Under the pieces are notes generated by a model. It saw only the letters and a program-made list of their open reading frames with translations. It did not search any database and was not told the origin of the DNA. Shown here in pieces: positions 35,150-48,488 of a DNA stretch of 64,000 nt; the first letter of the stretch is position 1; every line of letters begins with the position of its first letter. Source of the DNA: Massalongia carnosa (lineage: Eukaryota); assembly GCA_965645245.1 (NCBI GenBank), contig OZ287079.1, forward strand, positions 1,054,001 to 1,118,000, written 5' to 3'. A program made the translations under genes and the position numbers.

Positions 35150-36823
35150 CAGGGAGGATGTTGGAATAAGCAAACATCATCACCAATGTCAACTGGAAGC
35201 TCGTCGAATCGATCCACCCCCCTTACCTACGGTAAGTCCCTCACTATGCGAACAGCACAACAATATATTCATCCATTAACCTCTGGCTGCATCAGGGGAA
35301 GCTTTCGTCATATCGATCTAGCCCGCCTACCTACCTACGCTCAATCTCACCAACTTGAAACCATCTAATAGTCCATCCACCCAACCATTTTACCACCCAA
35401 CTTCTCCCATCCAAGAATCCCCCGTTCAGCGAGCGGCAGCGGCCTATCCATTTCCTGTATCCTACCCGTCCAAAGGATACCTACGTACCCACCTCCTATT
35501 ACCATGGCCAACCCCCAACGCCTCCTTTCTCCACTCAGCCCTAACCCGGCGATTTTACGCTCTCTCTACATACGCGATATATCTACCCAGGTACCCACCC
35601 ACCTGCCTGCAATACTTCTCCCCTCTGGCCTCAAAAAGCAAACTTACCTATGGAAAGCCCCTACCCGCCCACCTAGCCAGTTTCTTGCAAGTACGCAGGC
35701 GGAGAGCCGCAAGGCGGTGGTGGGACGCTTGGAGCCGGGTGAAGGGGAAGGAAGGGACCAGGACGGGAACAGAGAATGAATGGAGGGGGGGTGGGTGATT
35801 TTGGAGGGTTAGTCAGGAGCAGGAGTAGGGGGAAATTAATACATTATATATGTTTTCGGGCACACATGTATACATATTAATTCATCCATCCATCCGATAA
35901 AGTGGAGACCTAAATATATTCCATAAATACCTAAGAACCCCCCCTATCCAAAAATTCGGAATTCAGTCAGTTATTCCTTCAACAAAAGCGAGCCTTGATT
36001 TTCCCGCACTTGCACTTCTGCGGGGACCTATTGGTCTAGGTAGGTGGGTAGGTAGGCAAGATATAATTATCTAGTTTGCGTACATTTCTCTCACCACATC
36101 ATTCCCCCCCTTTTTTCGCCACCGACTTCATCCCTATCCGTATTGCCTACCCCCCCTCTCTCTCAGAGCCACCCAACCGTTTCCAATGCCGCCCAACGCA
36201 ACCATCGGATTGGATTATCTAGATTAGATGCCCCCTTGGCTTCGCAACTACCGAACAATTTCCATCTCCCCACCAAAGAAGTCGGCAGTCGACTGGAGAT
36301 TAGTTTGGACTATGCTGTGAAGTCCTGTGAATGTAAGAGAAAGAATATGGTTGATTGCGGCTGCGCGACACATGGCATAGACTAGGCAGGTAGGTAGGAG
36401 CTTGAATGGTTTGGGGGGCTCGGCTCTCCTGCACAGCCGGCGAGGAGGTGGAATGTTCGTTCGTATCGAGACATTCTAGATCCGCAAGAGGTTGTGTGCA
36501 TCAAATAAGTTGCACATTGAAAGTGATAGGAAGGAAAAGAGCAAGCACAGCGATAGGATTAGACCATGAATGAGAGAAGAGGAACCAGCTTGACTTGCTT
36601 CGTTATATATACCTACAACAATGAAATTCCTAGTCCCTTATCAAAGAAAAACACCAAAAAAAATGTTGAAAAATCGAGGGTGAGCTGAGAGGCCTGAAAT
36701 CGCCATGCATATGGGATGCCAAGACGCACGTAAACATGACGATTTGCATGAAAATCCGTGAATTGGTCAAGAAAACAAAATCCGTTGTGCAATATTGCTA
36801 CACGGTAACCCCTAATTCCCAAT

Positions 36824-38613
36824 TTAATCACGAAAATCAAAGGGAGGTCTCGAATCAAGTCTCCATTCCAGTTCCCTCCCAAGATCACTATCCCTGCCGT
36901 CTCGGCTGATCCTTGGACTGGTGGATATAACGCTACTATCAGGCGTATCCTCATTCGCAGCGGGTCTATAGCGAAATCCATCGACCACGTTTATCGCCTC
37001 TTCATCGTACGCAGGTGGCTGAGTGCCCTCGCTTTCGTACCCAGGTAAAGTAGCTACGCTTCGTCTGCGCCTTGAAGGTTCTGCTTCGTACTCGTAATTA
37101 TTCCTCCCTTCTTCAGCGGCTGAGATACCGTTCACGACGATGTGCGCGTGTCTCAAAGCGCACATTTCATCCTTCATTACCGCCTCCAGCACATTTTCTT
37201 GCTCAAGCACTCGTATGCGCTTCTCATCCCAGCTATCAACAACTTGAGGGATGGGACAATACTTATGACGGAGGTTGTAAATCCATTTTCGCCATTTCTG
37301 AACCTGCGCTGCGCGCCGATATAGACGTCTATTGCGCCTTTCTTCTCGACGTGCTGCACGGTCCGCACGACGACGAGGATCCCTGATGTACCTGATTAAC
37401 CAAACTATGAAAGTAACGACGACAGAGAGAATTCCGAGCGTTTCTAGATAGTGACTCCTCCTATCATAGTTGACATCAAGAAGTCTGGAATACTGTGGAG
37501 CGTTTGAAGATTTAGGTTTAGTGAGTGATCTGATCTGCGATGCAGTTGGGGATGGTAAAGTGTTCGTAGAGTCCTGGAATTCGGCGATGGTGGGTGATGC
37601 CAGATGAGATTGCGGAGATGTTTCCACCACTTTTTCTAGTGGGTGGCTAGTGGCGTGAGAGGGCTTCGATAGGAACGTACCTAAACCATGCGAGCCGTGT
37701 CCTTTCTTCTGGCAGAATTTGGCATGCATGGGTTGAGTGAAGTTATCTAGTCTTGTATGAACGGAAGCAAAGTGATGGTGACAAGCTTTTATCGCCTTAT
37801 CTGCAATATGTTTAACTGTCTCTACTTCCCATTTGATGAGGTGGCCTATCATTTCAAATGGGATATGAAGAATTTTCTGCTGGCCGTTGGAGGAGTGTAA
37901 GAATCCATCACCTAGCTGCGCAGTCTTTAAGGTATCGGGAGGCGCTCGCCAAAACGCTATATTTGCTATTATGTTAGTGGACACTGTCGGGTGTAGATCA
38001 AAATGAGTTATTGCTGGCTTATGAAGTTGCTGGTAAGATATTGTGAACCCTGTTTGGGTCTCCTGACTTGAGCCCTCAATCAAAAGACTCAGGACCTGAA
38101 CAATGTCCTCATCCAGAACGCTGGTGTTGCCAACCAGTCCGTTAGACGAGAGACATGTTGTTTGCCATGTGGCATGGAATGGAACCGGAGAATTCTGGAA
38201 CAGTAGAGGTCCCGTTCCCAAGGCTTGGGAGCCCTCCCATTGGGAGGCAAGTCTTTGACCATTGAGGATGATATTACTCTCCCCACATGGCCTCTCCGCC
38301 GCCTCAACCTGAAACGTGAAGATCTAAGGGCGTATTAGTGACTGAATAATTATGAAATTTTCAGTATTCATACTGGTTCCCCATCCTTTAGCTCTGGTGA
38401 GTCAACTCTGAACTTTAGTAAAGCTTCTGAGGGATCTGGAGGAACTAGATTAGCTGCATTGTAACACACTTATGTTACCCATTGAGACCACCACGTACAG
38501 TATTCGAGCGGAAGACTTATCGACCGGACGGTGGAAGTTGCAGGAGTTGGAATGGCAAAAGCAGATGCAAACGACAGCGTCAAGAGTGCTGACGCCTTCT
38601 TAAGGCCGCACAT
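36824..38613 (-). CDS. Hypothetical type I membrane protein
   Basis: ATG 38613 with a signal-like N-terminus (ASALLTLSFASAFA); two canonical introns lead in frame into ORF 36824-38221. One TM segment (LGILSVVVTFIVWLI) is followed by an Arg-rich stretch and LPGY/PPAY motifs. Confidence 0.75.
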
Positions 38614-39111
38614 AGCGACGGCTTCTCCGATGTGAAGCCTGGCTTTGTGAGATGTCTACTACACTCACATGATGGGTGGATGTTGGAATGTCGCTGCCTA
38701 AAGAGAACGGAAACGGATAGATCGGCTCCCGTTTCTGATATGTGCACTACTTTTTACCGTATAGTCTTACTGCCCGATTGATTGGCTTTGTTTAAAAAAG
38801 CGTGAAGTTTAATATAACTAGGTAGATTTGATGTGCTCAGGAGAAACTCGATGAGTATGAAGCAATTGTTAGGTTGGCTTGCAAGAAAGTTTCCGTACTC
38901 AGATGAATGACCGTATGATAATCCACGCCTGGTGACCAGAAAGAATCTAGGTGAATTTATCATAAGACGGCACGGTGAACGCGTGGCGAAGCCCATAACT
39001 AACGGCTGACCCGTCAGGCAGACTGCGCTTAAGAGAATCAGGAAAGGTCTATTTATGAGGCTCAAGAGGATCGCCAAACTAGGCAGGAAAATCAGCAACC
39101 TAACGATCAGC

Positions 39112-39612
39112 ATGGTAAGTAATCGATCTGTCGCTCTGAGTCTGGCACAATGTCTGCTGACTTACTTATCATCTAGCTACCACTTGGCCTTCTCAACGCT
39201 GCGCAAGGCCATCCGATGCTGGTGGAGCTTAAGAATGGGGAAACACTCAACGGCCATTTGATTAGCTGCGACACCTGGATGAACCTTACGCTGAAAGAAG
39301 TGGTGCAGACGAGTCCGGATGGCGACAAGTTCTTCAGATTGCCCGAAGTCTACGTTCGGGGAAACAATGTCTGCGCCATCAGGTCTAGCAGAGTGGGCAA
39401 TGGCAAATCGCTGATAGTGGCGGTAGATCAAATACCTTCGGGTCCCCGATGAAATTATAGACTTGGTCAAGGATCAACAACAAAATCAGCCGTCAAATCG
39501 AGGCCGGGGTGGTGGCGTGCAGAGAGGGGATCATGGAGGGAGAGGGGATCGGGGTAGGGGTGGATCAAGAGGTGGCGGGCCCCGTGGAAGAGGGAGAGGG
39601 AGAGCAGGGTAG
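39112..39612 (+). CDS. LSM4: U6 snRNA-associated Sm-like protein LSm4
   Basis: ATG-only first coding exon (39112-39114), then [28 protein letters not shown]...[15 protein letters not shown] and an RGG tail; stop at 39610-39612. Confidence 0.96.
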
Positions 39613-39933
39613 GAGGGTTGAACATTCATATTTATGACTCGCAAACGAATCCTTTGGATGCGTTTGACCATCAGGTAGGGGCCTACACCGAGAACTGGAC
39701 AACGGGATGACATCGTAGTCTTGCGCCCCAGATCTTAATCATTCATAAAGCAAAAATAGGGCTACGAATATGAAAAGGATCCCGGATTTAGGAGAAGCCG
39801 GCAAACATAACGAAAAGCGTCCGTAATCATGTCAAAATACCTCTATTGAGAACTTCTGTTGATGCTTCTAGTCCTCCTATCCATAGAGCATAGATGTGGT
39901 TTAACCCAAATACCCAGCTACATGTACTTATCG

Positions 39934-40523
39934 CTATCGCGCCGCTGCCGCAACTTGAATGATATCCATGATGATAAGGATAGCCTTACCACTAGGAAGA
40001 TGGTGGTAATACATGTCGTAGACGCCCGTAATTCCTCGTTGTGTTCGACGAACCTGTAGTCTTGCAAATTTGTAGATAAAGGCCCAACGAATAAGCGTCG
40101 TCTCGGAGTAAAAGCGAAATCTTATGGCGTCTAAAGTTGTGGTGTGGTCACTGACAGGTACGCTGATACTTTGTACGCGTTGCTCCATTTGGCGCATTAC
40201 AGATTCATAGAAGCCTATAAGCACCGATGCTAACTTCCTGAACCGATAAAAGAAATATAAACTGGTTAACTCGCGCTAATCATCCGTTCATCAGTTCACG
40301 GGTATATCGATTTCGTGCTACTATCGAAGACGTCGAAATCTGATGAACGTTTTTGCCATTGTCGGTTATGGAGAGAGTTCAAGGTACGTCTCTTGACAGA
40401 GCGATGCCCATTGATTTGTTGGATTGAAGAACAGTGGGCGTAGCTAAGACATTGTATTGGAGAGATAGGAGTAATAACGATACAATATGCCCTTATAAAA
40501 ACCGAACTAACGTCCTCGTGCAT
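39934..40523 (-). pseudogene. Possible degenerate small secreted-protein gene
   Basis: Two broken same-strand ORFs (40296-40523 with KR sites; 39934-40224 ...RWAFIYKFARLQVRRTQRGITGVY...). Protein-like, but no intact model can be built. Confidence 0.25.
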
Positions 40524-41303
40524 CTCCTAGGACGTCAGGTGCATGTCTTAGGACTTATTAAAAACAGGAGATATTTTATAAGAGGAAGCCAATGACAATG
40601 ACAAGAAACTTATAGATATCTCGGCGGCCCACATATTATATTTCTCACTTACAATCGAACGTCGTGAAGTAGGCCAATATCTAAATGCATTTTTTCCTAG
40701 TCCCCCAATCTCAAAATTAAAGATCCGACAGCTGCCTGAGCGAGAGCCAACTTTGATTCATTTGATAAGAATGTCGTAAAATCCCTGGGATTAGATTACG
40801 TGCGACATCGCCGAAATTTCTTCCCATGAGATCAGAAAACATAGTAGTAGCGTAAAGAGCGTAATGACTGTATTGAGTGCTTGAAGGAAAACGATGCAAA
40901 GTTCCATGATTGTTGTAAGATGAGCTTTTTTTATTGGCTCTGCAAGAAGCGGAGAGTACAGATCACTTTGTATGGGTGTTCAGGCCACCAACATCAATCT
41001 GATTGTCATTATTTTTTGAGCAGACTGGAGGGAAGGGATGTAAAGCTGAAACATCGCTTGTCTTGCTGGCATGCTGGCCTACCGGTCTCATAGAGTATGG
41101 AGTGGAGCAGGAATATGTTTGAGGTGTGTTTGGCATTTCATCTGAATAGTTACATAATGCTAACTAAACTAGCCCTCGGCTCTTGGACCTTTTCACGTGC
41201 TAACTACTCGTAGTTAACTTACCTAAAACATCAACTTGAAGATTACCTAAGCGATGGCTCGGACTGGAAAGAACTTCCCCTCGAAGATCAACGACTCAAG
41301 TCA

Positions 41304-43148
41304 ATGCCACCAGTGCAAAGAGGCCTTGATGCACTATGGCATTGTTTGCAACCAGCCTTCACCGACATCATACGAGGGTCACCTCGTCAAATATCAAAAC
41401 CATGGAGGAGGTTCATGGCCCACCCCGACACCACCCTTCCATCCTACAATATTGTGCGAAAGACAGTTTGCCAGCAAGACCCCACCGCCAATCCACCTCT
41501 TCCGCCTCTGCCACAGTATATCAGCACTCACCAGTTACGACCATTTCGGCGGATTCGGAGCGGACCACATGGTGTACTCCGTGGGCAGAAATTGCAGAAA
41601 TTAAGGGACACCCCTCAGGGGTACGTATCGTCGGATCTTGGGAACGAAGCTATCTACACCGAGCTGCAGTATGAATCTCTCAGGGGGAATTATGAACGGG
41701 TTCAGGCCCTTGTGGAGACGCTTGTGGAAGTGCGCGGCGAGGAGCCAAGTTCACGCCTGTACCTTGCGTTGATTTTGGCAAATACAAACCCACACCATGG
41801 CTCGCCTGCTGAGGTGAAGAGGATCTTGAACGAAATGGCAGCTGAGGGCCTGGTGCCAGAGTCTGCCATATATCACGCAGCCCTGAAGGTAGGTCGGATG
41901 ATAACCTAAGTATAAAGGCTGCTTGCTTATATTCGTCTATAGGTTCTCGCGATACATCCTGATTACGTGCTGCGAAATGACATTCTCGAAGAACTTCGTC
42001 AGAGATGGTTCACCATAACGAGTGATGGCTGGCATAATATAATTGCAGGAATGATCCGAGACCGGCAGTTAGAGCTAGCACTGGATGTGGTGGAGCTTCT
42101 TCAAGAGGAAGGAACCCGGATACACCCGTGGCTATATGACCTGATAGTTTACAATCTTTGCGATGCCGAAGAATTCGATGAAGTACTAAAAATAATGAGG
42201 CACCGAACCACTAATGGAGAACTTCTCATATCAGCCACCCTTTGGTTCTACTTCCTCGACACGGCTAGTCGTGCCCTTCATCACGAAGCAACCCTTTACG
42301 TCTGGCACAAAAGGGTGGAAACCTCATACCTCAATCCGCCCTCAGGCACCTGCATCAACATCCTGAATACCGCCGCCCGTCATGGCGATTTCCGTCTTGC
42401 CACTGACGTCTTCCGCATCCTGGGTAACCGCTCTCAAACCCTGCATCTCTACCATTACGAAAGCCTCCTGGAATCATACCTCGCATCATCTGACCTCAAA
42501 GCCGCCCTCACCCTCCTCACAGTTATGACCTCATCCGGCGTTCCGCCCACCGACGCCTCCACCCGGCCTATCTTCCTTCACCTTCGACAATCCCCCTCCC
42601 TGCCCGCCAACGCCCACTCCATCCTCCGACATCTCAGCGATACGGATCGCCCGATCCCCGCCCCCGCTATCAACGTCATCATCGAGTCACACATCCATCA
42701 CCATGACCTAGCGTCCGCGATCGAAACGTACAAGACCTTACACGAGCTCTGCCCTGCGGGCCCTACCACCGCCACTTTCAACGCCCTCTTCCGCGGCTGC
42801 GCAAAGGCCGTCCGCAAGGACCTGGCCATGTTCCTTGCGGCCGAAATGCTCGCGCTGAACGTGCCGCCCGATGCGCTGACATACGATCGCCTTATGCTCG
42901 TGTGCTTAAACGCGAACGAGGAGGAAGAGGAGGGTTTCGTCGACGCGTGGCGGTACTTCGAGGAGATGAGAGGCGTGGGTTGGTGGCCGCGGGCGGGGAC
43001 GATGGTGGCACTGGCTAAGCGCTGCTGTGAGCGCGGAGACGAGCGGGTGTGGCGGCTAGTGGGGGAGGTGGAGGGGCAGGGGCTCACCGTGAGGAAGATG
43101 GAGACGTTGGTCAAGGATCATTGGAGGGGTGGCGAGCGCGAGGTCTGA
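41304..43148 (+). CDS. Mitochondrial pentatricopeptide-repeat-like protein
   Basis: Presequence-like N-terminus; helical repeats such as PTTATFNALFRGC and PDALTYDRLMLVC; intron ~41889-41942. Confidence 0.82.
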
Positions 43149-43455
43149 AGTGTCTATTGGCTGGTCTATACCATCGATGAATAGCGGAGAATGGATGGAT
43201 ATATGTACATTCTATGGATGTGATTTGGCAAAAAGTGAAGCTCTGGAGCGTGTAAAACTAAGTATAGGCGCTGCGCTATGTCACGAATCATTTCACAACC
43301 TGCCATGTATAAAAATATATCTCTACGTCCCTTATCCACCCGCATTCTCAAAGTGAATTTTCTACAACGAACATCCTGCCACATCCTGCTCCCTTCCTGA
43401 AACCCCAATTTCTACCCGCCCACCTTCCTCCGCAAGCTTTCACCCCCAAAAACCC

Positions 43456-44870
43456 TTATCTCCGTCTCAAATACCAATTGAACGCCAACGCATTGGTCTC
43501 GCCCGGATACGGCGTCGGCACCTCCCCCAAGCCCGGCCGAGCAACAGGATGTCGCAGGTAGACAGCGCTGCAGATGCGATGGTGGACCTCGAGGTAGCGG
43601 GGCACAAAGACGAAGGGGGCCATGTAGTCACGGGGGCGCCAGGGGGTGGCGTATGGTTTGAAGGGGTCGATGGGGTTGTCGCGCGCCATGGTAAGGGCGG
43701 CGCGCAGGAGGGTGGATTCTTCTTGTGAGAGGAGGGCGGTGGCAGCGGCGGTGCGGGGGTTGAATGGCGGGGGGGCGGGGGGAGAAGGGTCTTCAGTTCT
43801 GGGGGAGGGTGGAATGGAGGTAGAGGAAGGGGGCAGTGACGAAAGGGAAGGAGCGTTAAGTTGGAGCTTTGCGGTTAATTCCAGGAGCTGGGCGTCGATG
43901 GAGTCGGAGAGCGTGGTTGGTCGGGATAGCGTTTTTCGGAGTTTGGACTGGAAGGCGCGAAGGTCTTGTTTGCGTTTTGCGGTTATGGAGGCCGGGGGGC
44001 CGTTGAGGAGGGATTTTGCGTGGGCCAGGAGGGCGGTAAGGGTTTCTTTTGCGTCAGGATTAGGCGAGGACTTTTCAGCTTGGGGAGTGGTGGATTCTTC
44101 AGCGGAAGGGGGATCTTCGGCGTTGGTAGTGGAGTCATCAGCGGCTTGTTGTTTTAGTTTTAGTCGGAATTTGCGGCTAGTGCGGCGTTCTTTTGCGTCC
44201 TTTGGTGCCCCGGTTGCATAGAGGACGCGATCGGGCTCGACTTGGAACATGTCGCCTGGGTTGAGTTGGTAGCCAGGGTAGATCATCTGTCAAATATTCT
44301 TTTAGCCATCGTTCTCGCTGCGCCATGTAAATATCTACACCTTTTTCCCATTAACCTTCACATATCCATGAACTACAAACTGCCGTGCCTGCCTCGCACT
44401 GCTGGCGAATAGGGCTCTGAAGATGGCGGTGTCGAGCCTCCGCTCCACGGGTGCGTAGACCATGTTCATGTACGGAGTCTTAGGGAAAGGCTTCGGGACT
44501 TGACCAGGAGACAGCTCCAGCCCTGAGCCTCTCCCCAGCGCAAATTCCGAGCCGTCGGTCTGAGCAAGCTGGAGGGGCGCAATTGGTACGACGGAGCGGA
44601 TGCTTCGGCGGAACATCCTCTGCCAGTGCTTCTCTCGTATGGTCTCTCCATGATAGGCGCGAGTCAGGGCTTTGGCAGTCCATTTCTGCTGAAAGAAAGT
44701 CCTCGTAATTGTTTTCGGGGGCTCGGCTCGAGAGAGGTTGTAAAGGTTATACTTGTTCCATGATTGTCGGATTTTCTGTTCCAAATGTTAATAAAGCTGC
44801 CCTTTTTTCCCACAACCCCTTCGAGCTGAATACTCACCAACCGTTTCAGACCATGAAACCTCTTGCGCAT
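43456..44870 (-). CDS. NAM9: Mitochondrial small-subunit ribosomal protein uS4m
   Basis: [26 protein letters not shown]4 domain [34 protein letters not shown]-terminus FNWYLRRR. Confidence 0.94.
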
Positions 44871-45506
44871 AATGAAAATGGAAGCTCTCGCTGGGCTTTC
44901 TGATAACGGCTGACGGGATCGTCAACAAAGCTAATATCCAACCTCGTTTCTTTTGAGCCCGGACTGAACGAAGCTACGGAGAAATGAAGAAGACGATACA
45001 AGGTACATTCGCTATTAGCTTAGTTATCGGCTAGTGAACTATACAATACATGGTTTGATATGTAAGTTATCATGTATTCTTTCCGTCAGGTACCGAGATA
45101 CATAGAAAGTCTGTCCAGAAGCTCCTTCCTCATAACACAAAGTTGACAACACTACAGCTTTACAACAACACTACAGCTAACTACCAATTAGCTATTGTCA
45201 ATCATCCATAAAATAGCTGAAAATATTATTTTTTAATCATCTTAATAGATTTTCACATCAAAAACCCACTCTCTATTGTTCTTTCTCTTGAATCACCCCG
45301 CTCCCAGTCATTTTTATACCACATGCAAGACCCAATTCCACATGCACATCCTTTTCTTCATCATACTATTATCTGAAAGCATATGTCTTCATTTTACACA
45401 AATCTAAACTAAGAGAGCTTTAATACTTAAGAGACCTGTTACGCTGCTATCTACTGTTTTCAATTTCCGTGAGATTGAGATTGAAAGAGACTGAGCTCTG
45501 TGCCTA

Positions 45507-47265
45507 ATGGCAGACACCAAAGTTGAAGAGCGGCATGAGGTACCAGCCGAAGAGATTAAAGCCGCTGTCAAGGACCCTGTCAAGGACGCCGTCGAAGCAG
45601 TCAGCACAAATGTTGTCACAGCCGCTACGGGGGATGACATGAAAGCCTCGATCAAAGAGGCTGCTGAAACCCTTGAGGAAGTCAAAGTAGAGGCTCTGCC
45701 AGAAGATAGAGAGAAGAATACTTTTGAGGATGTTGCCGCAGCTGTTGAGGTAGAGGAGGCTGCTAAAGATGTTCCTAAAACTGCCAATGCAAAAGACCAG
45801 GCCGAAGCATCAACTCAGAATGAAGCATCAAGCGAGACTCAAGTACCCTCCAAGAACGTTCAGGAAGGACAGCGCTGGAACAACCGTGATCGTGAGAAGC
45901 ATGACTATAGAAAGAATATCAAGTCTGACCTAACATCCCAAGCGGAGAGCGACGACCCGGTGGAAATTCGTAAACAGGTAAGTCACTTCTGCCCGTTCAC
46001 TATATCAATTAGCGCAACCACTGACCCTATTGCTAGGTAGAGTTTTATTTTTCGGATTCCAACCTCCTTGTTGACAGATTCCTCTTCTCCAAGGTGGAGG
46101 GCCATGCAAACCTTCCCGTTCCCCTTAGCATCGTCCATTCCTTCCAACGTATGCGCCATTTTCAACCTTTTAGCGCTATTGTTGCTGCTCTTCGTGACAG
46201 TAAAATCCTTAATCTTGTCGACAATGATAGCTGCGTGCAGCGCAAAGTGCCCCTCCGCGAAGGTCTTCGAGACAAGCCCATGGACGAAATCCAAAAGGTC
46301 TACGAGGACGAAGCCATGGCACGCAGCGTCTATGCCAAGGGCTTCGGCGAAGAGGTCCCTAGCACTCAATTCGACATAGAAGCGTTCTTCGCGGATTACG
46401 GTCCCACCAACTCCGTGCGGCTTCGTCGCACTCATCAGAAAAGCTTCAAGGGTAGTGTGTTTGTCGAATTTGACTCCGAAGAAACGCAAAAAACCTTTCT
46501 AGCCCTTAAACCAAAACCCAAATGGAAGGGCGGAGACCTCGTCATCAAGAGCAAAAAACAGTACTGCGACGATAAAGTTGATGACATCCGAGAAGGTCGG
46601 ATCCCACCCAATCAGCGCGGCGGCAAAATGTTCAAACCGCGAGGCGACCGACGAGGAGGCGGCAACACGAACGGCGGCGACGACCGTGATTGGCGGTCTC
46701 GCCGCGAGGACGATCGCAAAGGCGGCTTTAACGATAAGAATGGTGGGCGACAACACCGTGGGTTTGGCCGTAGCGGAAGAGGTGGCGGAAGAGGTGGCGG
46801 GAAAGGTCGAGGTGGCCGAGACCGTGATGGAAGAGATGATGAGCACAAGTTTGAGCAGCGACCCAAGGAGAGAGATGAGCAGTATGTACTCCATTCCTAT
46901 TCATCCCACTCACCAATCCGAAATCCTCCAGGATCCTTCTTCTCCTTCTCTAACATTCCCTTAGCCAAATTCCCAAAGTTGGAACTACGCTCCCCTCCCC
47001 CACCGAAACATCTTTCCCTCCAGTCCCCCCTACTACCAAATCTACATCCACTATCCAAGCCCCCGCTACCGAACAACCTTCTATCTCAACCACTTCAAGC
47101 ATCGCCCCTGCCGACACCAAAATCCCGGACGCCATCCATACTCAAACCGCCACTTCCATAACGCCAGAATCGAAGAAACGCGCCCACGACGTTGCCGACG
47201 ACAACTGCGAGGGACAAGGAGCTGCTAAGAAACCACATCTTAAAATTAACGGGGATGACTCGTGA
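45507..47265 (+). CDS. LHP1: La protein homolog (La motif + RRM)
   Basis: IRKQ|VEFYFSDSNL, RSVYAKGFGEE, RNP1 FKGSVFVEF and an RGG region; last exon 46965-47265. Confidence 0.92.
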
Positions 47266-47713
47266 TGAGTTGACTATCTAGTTCTATCCTGATGGGTCCC
47301 GCAAGCAATAGGCCAAATCCAGCGGAAGTAAAGTAGATAAATTTTTGGGGGAGATTTATGCTGGTCTGCTCAGTTGCTTATTTGTAATTAGTTTTACTAG
47401 CTCAGTTCAGTTATTGTACTTTTGCTCCTTTCGCGGGGAAACCCAACCCCTTCGCTTTCCCAAAATCTTTCTTATCTGTTTGTATCTTACATCCCAAGCG
47501 GCCTCTCGTGATCTCTAGGAATACCTAGCACGGTGCTCCGTATCTACCTACCGACTTATGTAAGCTCTGTATGTCAATGGCACAATCCCCCCCTCGCCCG
47601 CCTAGGAGTTCTTTCCAGATACCTACATACATACCGGGAAAGGGGGGAAGATCAACCAATTAGAAAATGCGTTTCGATTTCCTCCATCCCTACTTTCCTC
47701 CTTCTCTTCTCTC

Positions 47714-48078
47714 AAGTTAATCTGATCGAGTATGACTTCGAGGTTCACCCGCCCGAAGCCTACGAAATGAGCATTCAAATAAAATGAAAACAAAGGATTC
47801 GGACAAATGTATGATGAACGGGCATATATATATAAATTTAGACGAGCAGCCTTTTCCTTTGCAAGCGGTAGTTGATTTCAGTAATTGCATATCAAAGGGG
47901 CCTGAAACAAATCGACTTCGGCCACTTCATCTGGTTGAAGAACTTCTTCTTCTTCTTCTTCTTCTTCTTTCTTCTCTCTCTCTGATTCTTGCCTTCGCCC
48001 TCGATTTCAAGCTGCAAGATTCGTTGGAAACATTATGAAATCTGTGAACCTCGAAGTCATAGCCGATCACGTTAGCTT
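47714..48078. repeat. 35-bp imperfect inverted repeat pair around a ~295-bp spacer (possible MITE relic)
   Basis: 47714-47748 vs 48044-48078, with a perfect 18-bp core TATGACTTCGAGGTTCAC. The spacer contains a (CTT)n tract. Confidence 0.7.
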
Positions 48079-48488
48079 TGGGGGGGGGGGTTAATGTAAA
48101 GAAAGAGTGTGTCAAGGTAGCAAATAAGGGTGTCCCGGAACCAGATGCCACAAGCAAAGACGAAAACGACGGAAAGACATCCAATTCGGATTCGCGATAT
48201 CTACTTAGACATATTCTAGAAAACCGGACAGCTCACAGAAAAGGATTTTTCAAAGGTCCTGAGATAAAACTAATTTACAGCTCCGGTATAATTATAACTG
48301 TTTGCCCAACCATGAAAAATAGCAAAAGTTGAAAAATCAACGTACAGTCTTTACAGCGCAAAAAACCGCTTCCGTGTTAACTGCTCGCTTTCCTTATGTC
48401 AGCCCCTCCAGTATCGAAACATCCTAAATAATTGCGCTGTTACCCCGTAGCGCACCTGTCCTTGCCCTTCAACATTCTCACACCTCCC

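Noticed and set aside
39112..39176. ATG-only first coding exons in LSM4 and TEP1
   Set aside because: Real, but a common arrangement in fungal genes.
45146..45178. 14-bp direct repeat ACAACACTACAGCT between NAM9 and La
   Set aside because: Only two copies a few bases apart; simple slippage explains it.
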